A stretch of DNA of 64,000 nt. Source: an uncultured delta proteobacterium (GTDB lineage: Bacteria > Myxococcota_A > Polyangia > Fen-1088). The position numbers and the translations under genes are program-made. Shown here one piece after another: positions 31,092-42,600 of this stretch (its first letter is position 1; the number at the start of each line of letters is the position of its first letter). The notes beneath the pieces are model-generated. The model had not been told where the DNA came from. It made no database searches and saw only the letters and a list, made by a program, of their open reading frames with translations. Location of the stretch: the NCBI GenBank assembly GCA_963737265.1, contig CAVTRY010000006.1:1-64000 (forward strand), in the 5' to 3' direction.

Positions 31092-31660
31092 CCGAGATCC
31101 GTGGTGGAAAGGTAACGCAGGTTGAGTGCGTTGACCGTGAAATGGGCCACCACCGGACCACTCAAATCACCGGCCCACATGAAGAGCTGGCCAAACACCA
31201 GTCCGGCGACCAGCGACGAGAACGTCCAAGGCAAAAACCTCACCTTCGGCCCGATATGCAGAAGGGCGAAGATAGCGCTCGATCCCCAAAGGCCGATGGC
31301 GGGTAAGAGCGCCCCTCGGAAAAATATCTCCTCGCCGATCGCCGAGGCCGCGGCCAGTACGACGATCTCGGGGCCAGGCAAGGGCCCAAGCAAAGCGCGC
31401 AGATCGCGGTGCAGGGCGCGTCCCCATTCGAATCGGTGCGTGGCGAAGCGCGAGCCAAAGACAAACCCGAGCCCGATGAGCAATCCGGCGAGGATCCCGA
31501 GCATGACCTGCGCATCGTCGCGGCCGGCAAATCTCCACACGCTGGCGTCTCCCCGCGCCGTAGACCACGCGATCCCGGCTGAGGCCAACGCCAGATACAA
31601 AACCAGGACCAGGGCCGGCCGCGACCAACTTCGACTGGCATCGGGCATGCGCGCCAACAT
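31088..31660 (-). CDS. CPBP (CAAX/Abi) family intramembrane protease
   Basis: EEIFFRG, FALLH, AHFTVN motifs. Confidence 0.9.
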   Translation of the reverse strand: MLARMPDASRSWSRPALVLVLYLALASAGIAWSTARGDASVWRFAGRDDAQVMLGILAGLLIGLGFVFGSRFATHRFEWGRALHRDLRALLGPLPGPEIVVLAAASAIGEEIFFRGALLPAIGLWGSSAIFALLHIGPKVRFLPWTFSSLVAGLVFGQLFMWAGDLSGPVVAHFTVNALNLRYLSTTDLG

Positions 31661-31850
31661 ATCAGCAAAGCGGTCGGTCGAGGCAGGCCATGACAGACCA
31701 ACAGCGCACCGCGCTGCCACGTGTCCCATGAGGTACTGCAGCCATAACCCAAGAATTCCTCGGGCCTGCGAAAGCCGCAGTTGGATTCCCGTGAAGCCCC
31801 TGGGTTTGTTGCGAATGGCGCGATGCGCTCATGGTAGATGATGGACCGTC

Positions 31851-32930
31851 ATGGCGCTCGGCGCAGTCCGGTCGAAGCGATTCGGTCCCAGGCCCACTGT
31901 CGAAGATTCGGTGGTGCGCGAAGTCGGCTTGCAAAAGCTGCTGTCGAGCCGCATCTGCGACCTCACCCTCAAGGTCGAGGATGTGCTTTTCGACTGTCTG
32001 GCCCAGGTCACAAGCGAGCTGCGTGCCCGGGACATCACCTTCATCCCCGCCTTCTACCTTGGCGACGACGATTTCTGGACCGCCGACCGAGCCACCAGCG
32101 TGAACGTTCCCTGGTACCTCGCCAACGCCTTGCTTTGGCAGCTGGTCAACGACCACCTGTTCGAGTACACGCGCGAGGAGGTCGTGATGTATCTGCGGCA
32201 CGAGACCGGCCACGCTGTCAACTACGCCTTCGAGCTTTGGAAGCGCAAAGACTGGACGCAGACCTTCGGTGAGTTTCGCCGGCCCTACCGCGACGTCTAC
32301 AGCCCTAATCCGTGGAGCCGCGAGTACGTTCGTTACCTTCATCGCGCCGGCATGTACCACTACGCACAGAAACACCCTGACGAGGACTTCGCCGAGACTT
32401 TCGCCGTGTGGCTAGATCCCTCGTCGCGCTGGCGGCGGCGCTACCGCGACTGGCAAGTCGCGCTGGCCAAACTGGAGTATCTCGAACGGGTCGTGGACCT
32501 CGAAGGCGTATGCCGGGGCTCGCCGTCCAACCATCGTCTCGGCCAGCGCGTGCTTTACAGCGAGATCAGGGAAACCGTCGCCGACTATTTCGACATCGAG
32601 CACGCGGTAGATCCGGACCTGGCGGAGTACCGCCGCGATCTGCTCGAAATCTTCCCGCGTCGTTCCGAGCGAACGCGCGGCGCACAGAGCGGTCTCTCGG
32701 CGGCACGCTTCATCCAGCAATACCAGCCCATGCTGATCGACAAGCTGGGCAGCTGGATAGGAAAGTCCGACCGCCGCGTGATTGGCCGCTTCCTTCGCCA
32801 GCTGCAGGCGCTTTGTACCTACGAGCACCTGGTGGTTCCCGAGAACCAACGCAGCGAGCGGCTGGTTGACCTCACGATCGTCGCCACCTGGCACGTGCTC
32901 GACGGTATCCACCGGCTGAGCGAGAAATAG
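31851..32930 (+). CDS. Putative zinc-binding metallopeptidase
   Basis: LRHETGHAVNY (HExxH) and YAQKHPDEDFAETFAVWL. Confidence 0.85.
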   Translation: MALGAVRSKRFGPRPTVEDSVVREVGLQKLLSSRICDLTLKVEDVLFDCLAQVTSELRARDITFIPAFYLGDDDFWTADRATSVNVPWYLANALLWQLVNDHLFEYTREEVVMYLRHETGHAVNYAFELWKRKDWTQTFGEFRRPYRDVYSPNPWSREYVRYLHRAGMYHYAQKHPDEDFAETFAVWLDPSSRWRRRYRDWQVALAKLEYLERVVDLEGVCRGSPSNHRLGQRVLYSEIRETVADYFDIEHAVDPDLAEYRRDLLEIFPRRSERTRGAQSGLSAARFIQQYQPMLIDKLGSWIGKSDRRVIGRFLRQLQALCTYEHLVVPENQRSERLVDLTIVATWHVLDGIHRLSEK

Positions 32931-32979
32931 CCTTCCTCGCTCTCGGCACTCGCCAGACCGAACGGCCGCGCCAGCTATC

Positions 32980-33228
32980 TTATTCGACCGTAAGACCCAC
33001 TTGGATGATCTTGCGCAAGACATCCGCCCCGATGCGCGGAGTTCGCTTTTCCTCCTCGAAGATGATCTGTGCCAGCGTCTGCGCGGTGAGATCCGCGCTG
33101 CTAACATAATCAGTCACCTGCACGTCGTCGCCCTTGCGGACAAAGCCAGCGACATCGGCCAGAGTCACGTAGTGACGCTCGGTCGTGTCGTAGAGTTTTC
33201 GATTTGAGTAGCGTTTGATGATACGCAT
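32980..33228 (-). CDS. PhaR-like (PHB_acc_N) DNA-binding domain protein
   Basis: IIKRYSNRKLYDT...YVTL...DLTAQTLAQIIFEEEK. Confidence 0.9.
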   Translation of the reverse strand: MRIIKRYSNRKLYDTTERHYVTLADVAGFVRKGDDVQVTDYVSSADLTAQTLAQIIFEEEKRTPRIGADVLRKIIQVGLTVE

Positions 33229-33415
33229 GGTCCCCTAAGAATGACACGCGTCGGCGAGTTGACAAGTTTGTCTTCGCGCGGGGGCGCAAGCGGGCCGAAA
33301 AGCTAAACCCAATCGGCCGCCGTCATCATCTTATGGAGGCAGCCTGGACCACAACCGCGCAAAACTGCAGCCCATCTTCACGACCTAGACAGTCCTCTTT
33401 TCGGAGCCCGCTCTC

Positions 33416-34864
<1,449 letters not shown>

Positions 34865-34868
34865 CTCG

Positions 34869-35648
34869 ATGGCATTACTGTCTATCAAGAACCTGCATGT
34901 GGAAGCGGCCGGCAAGCCGATTCTGCGCGGCCTCAGCCTCGATGTGCAGGCGGGCGAAGTGCACGCGGTCATGGGCCCCAATGGCTCGGGCAAGAGCACG
35001 TTGGCCAATGTGCTCGCTGGCCGCGACGGCTATGTCGTCACGGCCGGCGAAGTCCTCTATCAGGACAAGAACCTGCTTACGCTCGCGCCCGAGGAGCGGG
35101 CGCGCGAGGGGATCTTCCTCGGCTTTCAATATCCCGTGGAAATCCCGGGCGTGGCCAATACCTATTTTCTGCGCGCCGCCCTCAATGCGGTCAGGAAATA
35201 CCGTGGCGAAGAACAACTGGACGCGATGGATTTCTTGGCGCTGGTTAAGCAGAAGGCCAAGAACCTGGGACTTGACCCCGGCTTGCTCGGGCGACCTGTG
35301 AATGAAGGTTTCTCGGGCGGCGAAAAGAAGCGCAACGAGATTCTGCAAATGTCGCTGCTTGAACCACGCCTGGCGGTGCTCGACGAAACCGATTCGGGTC
35401 TCGACATCGATGCCTTGCGCGAGGTCGCGAACGCCGTCCAGGCGCTTCGGCACCCCACGCGCGCCATGGTGGTCATAACCCATCACCAACGCCTGCTCGA
35501 CTATCTGATTCCCGATCGCGTGCACGTGCTTTCGGGCGGCACCATCGTCACCTCGGGCGACAAGACGCTCGCCACCGAGCTGGAGCAGCGCGGTTATGGC
35601 TGGGCCGCCGCGCAGCCGGAGGCACCAGAACCGGGACAGGCCGCATGA
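34869..35648 (+). CDS. sufC: Fe-S cluster assembly ATPase SufC
   Basis: GPNGSGKST, FQYPVEIPGV, GFSGGEKKRNE, DETDSGLDIDAL. Confidence 0.98.
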   Translation: MALLSIKNLHVEAAGKPILRGLSLDVQAGEVHAVMGPNGSGKSTLANVLAGRDGYVVTAGEVLYQDKNLLTLAPEERAREGIFLGFQYPVEIPGVANTYFLRAALNAVRKYRGEEQLDAMDFLALVKQKAKNLGLDPGLLGRPVNEGFSGGEKKRNEILQMSLLEPRLAVLDETDSGLDIDALREVANAVQALRHPTRAMVVITHHQRLLDYLIPDRVHVLSGGTIVTSGDKTLATELEQRGYGWAAAQPEAPEPGQAA

Positions 35649-37009
35649 ACATGGGACTTCCAACGGAAATGCGCGACGCCTACGCGGCCGAGTTCGCGAA
35701 CGCTCTGGCACGCAGCGCGGGACTGCCATCTTGGCTGGCCGGTGCGCGCAAGACCGCATTCGACGCTTTCGTTGAGCAGGGGTGGCCGACCACCAAGCAG
35801 GAAGACTGGCGTTTAACCGATGTCACGCCCATCACGCGTCTTGCTCTTCTGCCACCGCCGGCGACGCAGCCCGAGCTCAGCACAGACGCTTTCGATTCAA
35901 AGCTAGTCAATCTTGGCAGCGGGCGGGGTCATCGCCTGGTATTTGTCGACGGCCGATACCAGGCCGGATTCTCGACCTGGCAGGCCCTTCCGCGTGATGT
36001 GCGGGTAACGCCGTTGTCGTCTATTGTTGCCGGGGTTGCCGGGGCTGCTGGCGACGCGAAGCCGCTGCGCGACGTCCTAGGTAGCCAACTTGGCAGTCAA
36101 AACGCATTCGTAGCCCTCAGCACGGCCTTCATGACCGATGGGGCGCTGGTTCACATTCCGGCGGGTATCAGCGTCGAATTGCCCATCTACTTGGTTTTTC
36201 TTTCTTCCGGCCAGGAAGCGACCAGTTTTCCTCGCACCGTGGTGTTGGCTGGCGAGAACAGTCAAGCCACCGTCGTCGAGGTTCACCTCGGTGCCGCGGC
36301 CTCCGCGACGCTGTCGAATGCCGTCACGGAAATCGTGCTTGAACCTCACGCCCGCCTTGCCCACCACAGTATCCAGAAGATGTCGCCCGCGGGGTTTCAC
36401 GTCGGCCATGTCGCCGTCACCCAACAGGCCGACAGCGCGTTCTCGGGCCACAGCCTGTTTCTCGACGGCCGCATCGTCCGCAACGACGTTCGCGCGCTGC
36501 TGTCGGCAGAGCGCTGTGCTTGCAATCTCGATGGGCTGTATCTCGCTGGCGGCACCAGCCACGTCGACAACCACACCACCATCGACCACCGCATGCCCAA
36601 GTCGACCAGTCGCGAGTCGTACCGGGGTGTGGTCGACGGACGCAGCAGCGCCGTGTTCAACGGTCGCATCATCGTCCGGCCGGGCGCGCAGCAAACCGAC
36701 GCACGCCAGACCAGCCGGAATCTGATTCTCGCCGACGGTGCCATGGTGCACACCAAGCCGCATCTCGAGATCTTCGCCAACGACGTCAAGTGCGCTCACG
36801 GCGCGACCATCGGCCGCCTCGATGAGGAATCCCTGTTCTACCTGCGCTCGCGTGGCATCGGCCTGCGCGAGGCAAATCAGATCCTCATCGGTGCCTTCAT
36901 GCGAGAAGGGCTCGAACGCGTCACCTTTGCGCCCCTGCTCCATGAGCTCGAAGCAATCCTCGCCAGTCGAATCGACGACATGACCAGCGTCGCGGGAGTA
37001 TCCACGTGA
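35645..37009 (+). CDS. sufD: Fe-S cluster assembly protein SufD
   Basis: PTTKQEDWR.T, VFNGRI.V, KPHLEIFANDVKCAHGATIG, LFYLRSRGI. Confidence 0.96.
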   Translation: MNMGLPTEMRDAYAAEFANALARSAGLPSWLAGARKTAFDAFVEQGWPTTKQEDWRLTDVTPITRLALLPPPATQPELSTDAFDSKLVNLGSGRGHRLVFVDGRYQAGFSTWQALPRDVRVTPLSSIVAGVAGAAGDAKPLRDVLGSQLGSQNAFVALSTAFMTDGALVHIPAGISVELPIYLVFLSSGQEATSFPRTVVLAGENSQATVVEVHLGAAASATLSNAVTEIVLEPHARLAHHSIQKMSPAGFHVGHVAVTQQADSAFSGHSLFLDGRIVRNDVRALLSAERCACNLDGLYLAGGTSHVDNHTTIDHRMPKSTSRESYRGVVDGRSSAVFNGRIIVRPGAQQTDARQTSRNLILADGAMVHTKPHLEIFANDVKCAHGATIGRLDEESLFYLRSRGIGLREANQILIGAFMREGLERVTFAPLLHELEAILASRIDDMTSVAGVST

Positions 37010-38277
37010 TGGCCACCAAGTCGATGAGCGGCTCGAATCACCCTGCCCTGTCGAACAACCTCGACGTGGAGCGCGTGCGCAGGGACTTTCCTGCGCTCGC
37101 ACAGAAGATCCACGGGCATCCCCTGGTCTATCTCGACAATGCGGCCACGACACAGAAGCCGTCGGTCGTTCTCGATCGCATTCGTCGCAGCTACATCGAG
37201 GAATGCGCCAACATCCACCGCGGTGTCTATCAACTGAGCGAACGCGCGACCGCCGCCCACGAGGCCGCGCGCGAAAAGGTTCGCCAGTTCATCGGCGCCG
37301 AGATGAGCAGCGAGATCGTCTTCGTGCGCGGAGCGACCGAGGGGGTGAACCTGGTGGCGCAAAGCTACGGCCGCGCGCACGTCGGCGCCGGCGACGAAAT
37401 CCTCATCACCGCCATGGAGCACCATTCGAACCTCGTGCCGTGGCAGATGCTTTGCCACGAACGGGGCGCGCATCTGAAAGTCGCTCCCATCGACGACAAC
37501 GGCGATGTCATCCTGGCCGAGTACGAAAAGCTCCTCGGCGCCCGCACCAAGCTGGTCGCCTTCACCCATGTTTCGAACGCCTTCGGCACTGTCAATCCGG
37601 TGCAAACCATGACCGAGGCCGCCCACCGACATGGCGCCGTGGTTTTGCTCGACGCCGCGCAAGCCGCGCCACACTGCGAGCTCGATGTGAAAGAGCTTGG
37701 CTGCGATTTCCTGGTCTTCTCCGGTCACAAGATCTACGGCCCGACCGGCATAGGCGTGCTTTACGGCAAGCAAGCCTTGCTGGAAGAAATGCCGCCCTGG
37801 CAAGGTGGCGGCGACATGATCCTTTCGGTGACGTTCGAGAAGACAACGTATGCCGCCGTGCCGGCGAAATTCGAAGCCGGAACGCCCGACATCAGTGGCG
37901 CCATCGGCCTCGGCGCGGCCATCGACTACGTTCGATCCTTCGGCATGGCCGCGATCGAACGCTACGAGGCAGAGTTGATTCGGTACACCGAAACCTCGCT
38001 GGCGAAGCTACCGGGCGTGCGGCTCATCGGACGCCCGAAGCGCCGCGCGGCCGCGGTCTCGTTCATGCTTGACGACATTCATCCCCACGACGTGGGCACG
38101 GTTCTCGATCGGTATGGGATCGCCATTCGCGCCGGCCACCACTGCGCCCAGCCCGCCATGAAACGCATGGGCGTTCCCGGCACCGCGCGCGTCTCGGTAG
38201 CCTTCTACAACAAGAGCGACGAAATCGATTATGTGGTTTCCTGCCTCGAGGAAACCCGGAAAATTTTCCGTTCATGA
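37006..38277 (+). CDS. sufS: Cysteine desulfurase SufS
   Basis: YLDNAATTQKP, EHHSN.VPW, FSGHK, RAGHHCAQP. Confidence 0.97.
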   Translation: MMATKSMSGSNHPALSNNLDVERVRRDFPALAQKIHGHPLVYLDNAATTQKPSVVLDRIRRSYIEECANIHRGVYQLSERATAAHEAAREKVRQFIGAEMSSEIVFVRGATEGVNLVAQSYGRAHVGAGDEILITAMEHHSNLVPWQMLCHERGAHLKVAPIDDNGDVILAEYEKLLGARTKLVAFTHVSNAFGTVNPVQTMTEAAHRHGAVVLLDAAQAAPHCELDVKELGCDFLVFSGHKIYGPTGIGVLYGKQALLEEMPPWQGGGDMILSVTFEKTTYAAVPAKFEAGTPDISGAIGLGAAIDYVRSFGMAAIERYEAELIRYTETSLAKLPGVRLIGRPKRRAAAVSFMLDDIHPHDVGTVLDRYGIAIRAGHHCAQPAMKRMGVPGTARVSVAFYNKSDEIDYVVSCLEETRKIFRS

Positions 38278-38759
38278 ACGACCTTGAAGATCTTTATCAG
38301 GAAGTCATTCTCGACCATCAGCGCAACCCGCGTAACTTTGCCCTGTTGCCCACCGCCAATCGCCACGCCGAAGGGCTCAACCCCCTGTGCGGCGACCATG
38401 TGACGGTTTATTTGGACGTGCAAGACGGCATCATTCGCAACATCAGCTTTCAGGGCGACGGTTGTGCTATCGCCAAGGCGTCGGCATCCATGATGACCTC
38501 GGTGGTGAAGGGAAAAACCTTGGCCGAGGCATCCGAGACCTTCAAGCGCTTTCACCAGATGGTGATGGGCGAAGACCCGTGTTTCGATTTGGAATCCGTG
38601 GGCAAGCTCGCCGCGTTTTCGGGCGTAAGCGCGTTCCCGGTGCGGGTCAAGTGTGCCAGCCTAGCTTGGCACACGCTGAATGCGGCCATGAATACACCGG
38701 CGGCGGGCGGCGGCGCTCCGGCGGCTGTGACGGAGAGAGGCAAAGGAGACGCGAAGTGA
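38274..38759 (+). CDS. sufU: SUF system NifU-family protein SufU
   Basis: LYQEVILDH, NPLCGD, GCAI.KASASMM, RVKCASLAWH. Confidence 0.96.
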   Translation: MNDLEDLYQEVILDHQRNPRNFALLPTANRHAEGLNPLCGDHVTVYLDVQDGIIRNISFQGDGCAIAKASASMMTSVVKGKTLAEASETFKRFHQMVMGEDPCFDLESVGKLAAFSGVSAFPVRVKCASLAWHTLNAAMNTPAAGGGAPAAVTERGKGDAK

Positions 38760-39136
38760 CCGCCAGCGCGGAAGAGCAGCCTGCCTCCGGCGAGACTCCA
38801 ACCTCGCCGACTGGCGAGGCACTTTCGCCGCTCGATCGCCTGGTTTGGCAGGAACTGCGTGAATGTTATGACCCCGAGATTCCGGTCAACATCGTCGATT
38901 TGGGCCTGGTTTATGCGATGAAATCCGAGGCGCTTCCCGAAGGCGGGCACCGGGTTGAAGTCCTCATGACCGTGACTTCTCCGGCGTGCGGTATGTCGGA
39001 AATCCTGCGCACCGAGGCCGAGGAGCGCATCCGCAAGTTGCCCGACGTCCGCCAGGTCGAGGTCGCGATTACATTCGATCCGCCGTGGACACCTGAGCTC
39101 ATGACCGAAGACGCCCGGCTGCTGCTGAATATGTAG
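38756..39136 (+). CDS. sufT: Metal-sulfur cluster assembly factor (DUF59/SufT)
   Basis: CYDPEIPVNIVDLGLVY, T.TSPACGM, FDPPW...MTEDAR. GTG start overlaps the sufU stop. Confidence 0.9.
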   Translation: MTASAEEQPASGETPTSPTGEALSPLDRLVWQELRECYDPEIPVNIVDLGLVYAMKSEALPEGGHRVEVLMTVTSPACGMSEILRTEAEERIRKLPDVRQVEVAITFDPPWTPELMTEDARLLLNM

Positions 39137-39146
39137 ACTCAACACG

Positions 39147-39161
39147 GGGGGCGCCGCCCCC
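39147..39161 (+). terminator. GC hairpin after the suf operon
   Basis: GGGGGC-GCC-GCCCCC about 10 nt after the sufT stop; no clear U-tract. Confidence 0.35.
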
Positions 39162-39212
39162 GATTCTCTGTGGCGAAATTCGTCGCGGTTGCCCTATAAA
39201 CACCGCAACTAG

Positions 39213-39650
39213 ATGAGCTTCGTTGCTACTGCCCTCCTCGTCACGGTTTTGGCCGCGCCCACAAGCCAGGTCGGCGGGCTTGCGCCCATGCCGCCCGAGG
39301 CGGGACTCTCGGCCGCGCCGACCGCCCCTCCACCGCTACCTCATCGCTTTTTCGATCGGGAAAACGTGCTGCTCTTTACTGGCGTGGCCGCGGGGCGGGC
39401 GTTCGACTATGTGTCTACCCGCCGCTTTCGCGACAAACACCTCAAAGAGTGGCTGCTCGACGACAAGACCGTCGACAACAAGCCCTTGTTCATTTCCATC
39501 GAAGTGGCCGCGACGGCGCTTTCCGTCGCCGCGTCGTACGCCCTTCACCAAACCGGCCATCACCGCTTAGAACGCTGGACTTCCATTCTCCACATTGCCT
39601 TCGCAACCGGCGGATCGATCTGGAACTGCACTCTGCCGAACGGCTTGTAA
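39213..39650 (+). CDS. Hypothetical exported/membrane protein
   Basis: Signal-like N-terminus, Pro-rich segment, hydrophobic helices. Confidence 0.6.
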   Translation: MSFVATALLVTVLAAPTSQVGGLAPMPPEAGLSAAPTAPPPLPHRFFDRENVLLFTGVAAGRAFDYVSTRRFRDKHLKEWLLDDKTVDNKPLFISIEVAATALSVAASYALHQTGHHRLERWTSILHIAFATGGSIWNCTLPNGL

Positions 39651-39675
39651 GCAAGGCGCTGTTCCAGCGCTACAC

Positions 39676-42600
39676 CTACTTGACCGGCGCCACTGTGGTC
39701 GGGTTCGGGAAGTTTCCGCTTAGGAACAACATCGAGTACACGCCGAGGGATTCCTGGAAATAGCGGTCGTTTTCGACCGTGGTGGAAACCGCCTCTTCAA
39801 TGGCTTCCCGCCGGATGTCGCTGGTCGTGGCATTGCCGTCGTTAAACAAACTGACGTAGTTACACATGGCCGTGTTGACCGTGTAGGAATTGTGACCGTA
39901 GGCTGGGTCGCAGTTGGTAATCGTGCCGTCGCCATGGAGTCGGTCGCAGATTGACGAGAAGCGATTGGCATTCGCCTCGACCGGATTGTTCTTGTAGAAG
40001 TTGTTGAAGAACTCCTGGGTGTTGTCGATCTTCGCTTGAATGCGCGACTTCGGGCTGTAGTGGGGCGAAGAGCTCGCCGTGTTCTCGGGTAGGGTGGCGT
40101 TGTTGCCGAACCAAGCGCCATCGATCCCAACGCGCCAGAGCGAGCGCAGCCCCTCGTAGGTCCCGACATCGACCGAGGCGCATGGCTTGGCCACATTTCC
40201 GTAGTCGCCCATCAAACCCGGATTGAGCCCCGGCTGGTCGTAGCACATCTCGATCATCTGGTAGACAGTCTCGGAGGTCTTGTACCAGAAATCGCGATGG
40301 GTCTGGCCGTTCGCCGCCTGCTGCGTGGCCCCCAACTGGGAAGACAAGAAATCGCCAAACACCCTGAAATAGCCCGGCGGGTAGTAGTCCATGAAAACCT
40401 GGCTGGGTTGTCCCGCAGCGTAGGAGCAGGGTTGGCCGGGGTAGTTCTGGCAATTCTTGTCCGCGGTGTCGCCCATTGACGGGTAGTTCCACTTGCCATC
40501 GTATTTGGTGTTGATCTCGCACTCCATCTTCGTCAGCCAACCGACGGCTGCCGGAGCGTACTCGGGCCACTGCAAAGCCGCGTACACCAGACCGATACCG
40601 ATGTCCACGTCGCCGTCGAAGGCGCTGTCCTCGTTACCCGAGCAAGCCTCCACGTCGATGTTGCATGCCGAATCGAGCTGTCGGCACGCCGTGCCGCCAT
40701 CCCACATCCAGCCCATCAGGCCGCCGCAGTACTTCTTCGACGACTGCGACAGGAAGTGCCGCACGAAGTTCCACAAGGCATCGAAGGTTGGCTTGTCGCC
40801 GATGGCGGCCGAAATGGCCATGCCGTAGCCTTGGCCTTCGCTTACAGTCTTGGGCGGATCGGTCTGAACGCGCGCCGTTCCAGGTCCACACACCGTGTCC
40901 GTCGTCGTAACGTAATTGTCCCTCCAGAGAAGGTAGCGCTCAAAGGTGAAAGCATTGAGAAGATCCTGAACGGTGGCCGGGTTGGGGTAGATATAGGCAA
41001 GCGAGGCGCCGTAGGGATACTTGTACTCCGTGCCTTTGTACGGGAACCAGCCCCCGTAGGGGAAGCCCACTGTCACCGGCGTCGCGGGCGGCTTGGGCGC
41101 GCACATGCTGTCGTTCCACACGCCGGTGGCCGACCAGTCGCCGTTCGTTCCGTCAGGATAGTAGTCGAAGAACTTGAAGTTGTCCGGCGGGGCCGTCCTG
41201 GGGATATCCGGCTTGCCGTAATACCAACGCAGCCAGTAGTCCTTGGCCACGGTCGGGAAGGGCCTGGGCGCGACCGTGTTCCACTCCGGACTGTGCAGCT
41301 TGTCCACCGCACGCCAAGTCGTCCCGGCGACGAAAAGTGAATCGGGAACCGGACAATCGAACCACGGACGATCTTGTTCGCGCCAACAGATCACCTTGGT
41401 GGCGGTCGTTCCGTTGACTTCCATTTCAATCCACTTGGGCATGAGCTCGGGCTTGGGGAAGAAGGTGAAGGTCTTCTGGCCGGCCCAAATGTAGCGGAAG
41501 TGCACCGAGTGATAGCCCGTCGGCTGCGGCGGGCTGCACGGATCGACGGCGGCGACGCTGCCGCCACCGCAACCCTGGTAACCGGGACCCGGGTTCGCCG
41601 TGTAGACGAAATAACTGTTCGGCTGCAGCGACCAGTCCATGCACTTGGTCGCGGAGGCAACGGTGTTGTCGGGCGCGCCGGCGTAGCCTATCCAATACTC
41701 GTTGGCCGTCCGCGGCGGCAAGGCGATGTTGTTGGTGAACAGCCCCTTCGACTCGTCCGGATAGCGGAACACGATGGAGGGCTCGGTACCGCTGGCCGGC
41801 CAAACGGAATTGGGAATGAGCACGTAGTACCAGGGACACACTCCGTCCTGGAATTCGAGGTTCGCCGTCATTTCGCAACCGCTGAGCCCAGTGACCTTGA
41901 GGCTGCTCGGATAGGGCGGCGGAGTGAAGCCGAGCTTGGTCGCGACATCAAGCGGGCAGGCGGAGCCGGCATAATTCGTTTGCGGATTCGTCGGGTCGTT
42001 CCACGGCCAGCGGAAGTGCACCTTGGTGTATCCGCTGGGAGGCGTCTCGTCTGGCGCCGTACCGATCTTGCATGCTAGGGCGGCAAGCGTGCTGCTGTCG
42101 GACGTGACGTGGAACTTGCCGCTGCCGATGGGCACGTTGGGATATTGGCCATAGTCGCCCTTCAGCGACGTGCTCGGACCGGTGTATTCGATCCAAAACT
42201 CCTTGCTCTTGTTCACCGATGTGATGTCGAAGAAGCCCGAGGAGCTGTCCGCCGGGCACGCGCTTGAGCCAATGGCCTGGATCTGGATGCTGGTGATGGT
42301 GTTTGGAATGCAAACCGAATAATAGGTGCAGGGGGGATTGCCGTTGATGTCGGTGGTCCCGTCGAGACGGGCGCCGTACTTCTGGTAGCCGTTCGCCGGA
42401 TCGATCACGATGACCCCAAGCGGGGGATTGGTCATGGTGTTCATGGTCGGGGTCACGCCCGAAGACCACAGGTCGCGCACGTGGACCCGCACTTGCCCGG
42501 CTGGGCAGACGAGGTTCTCGGTGGGCGGCGGCGGTGGAGGCGGCGGAGGCGCGTCCGGAATCGCAACCGTGGCGGCATCGGTCGGGCTTGGCGGGGACCG

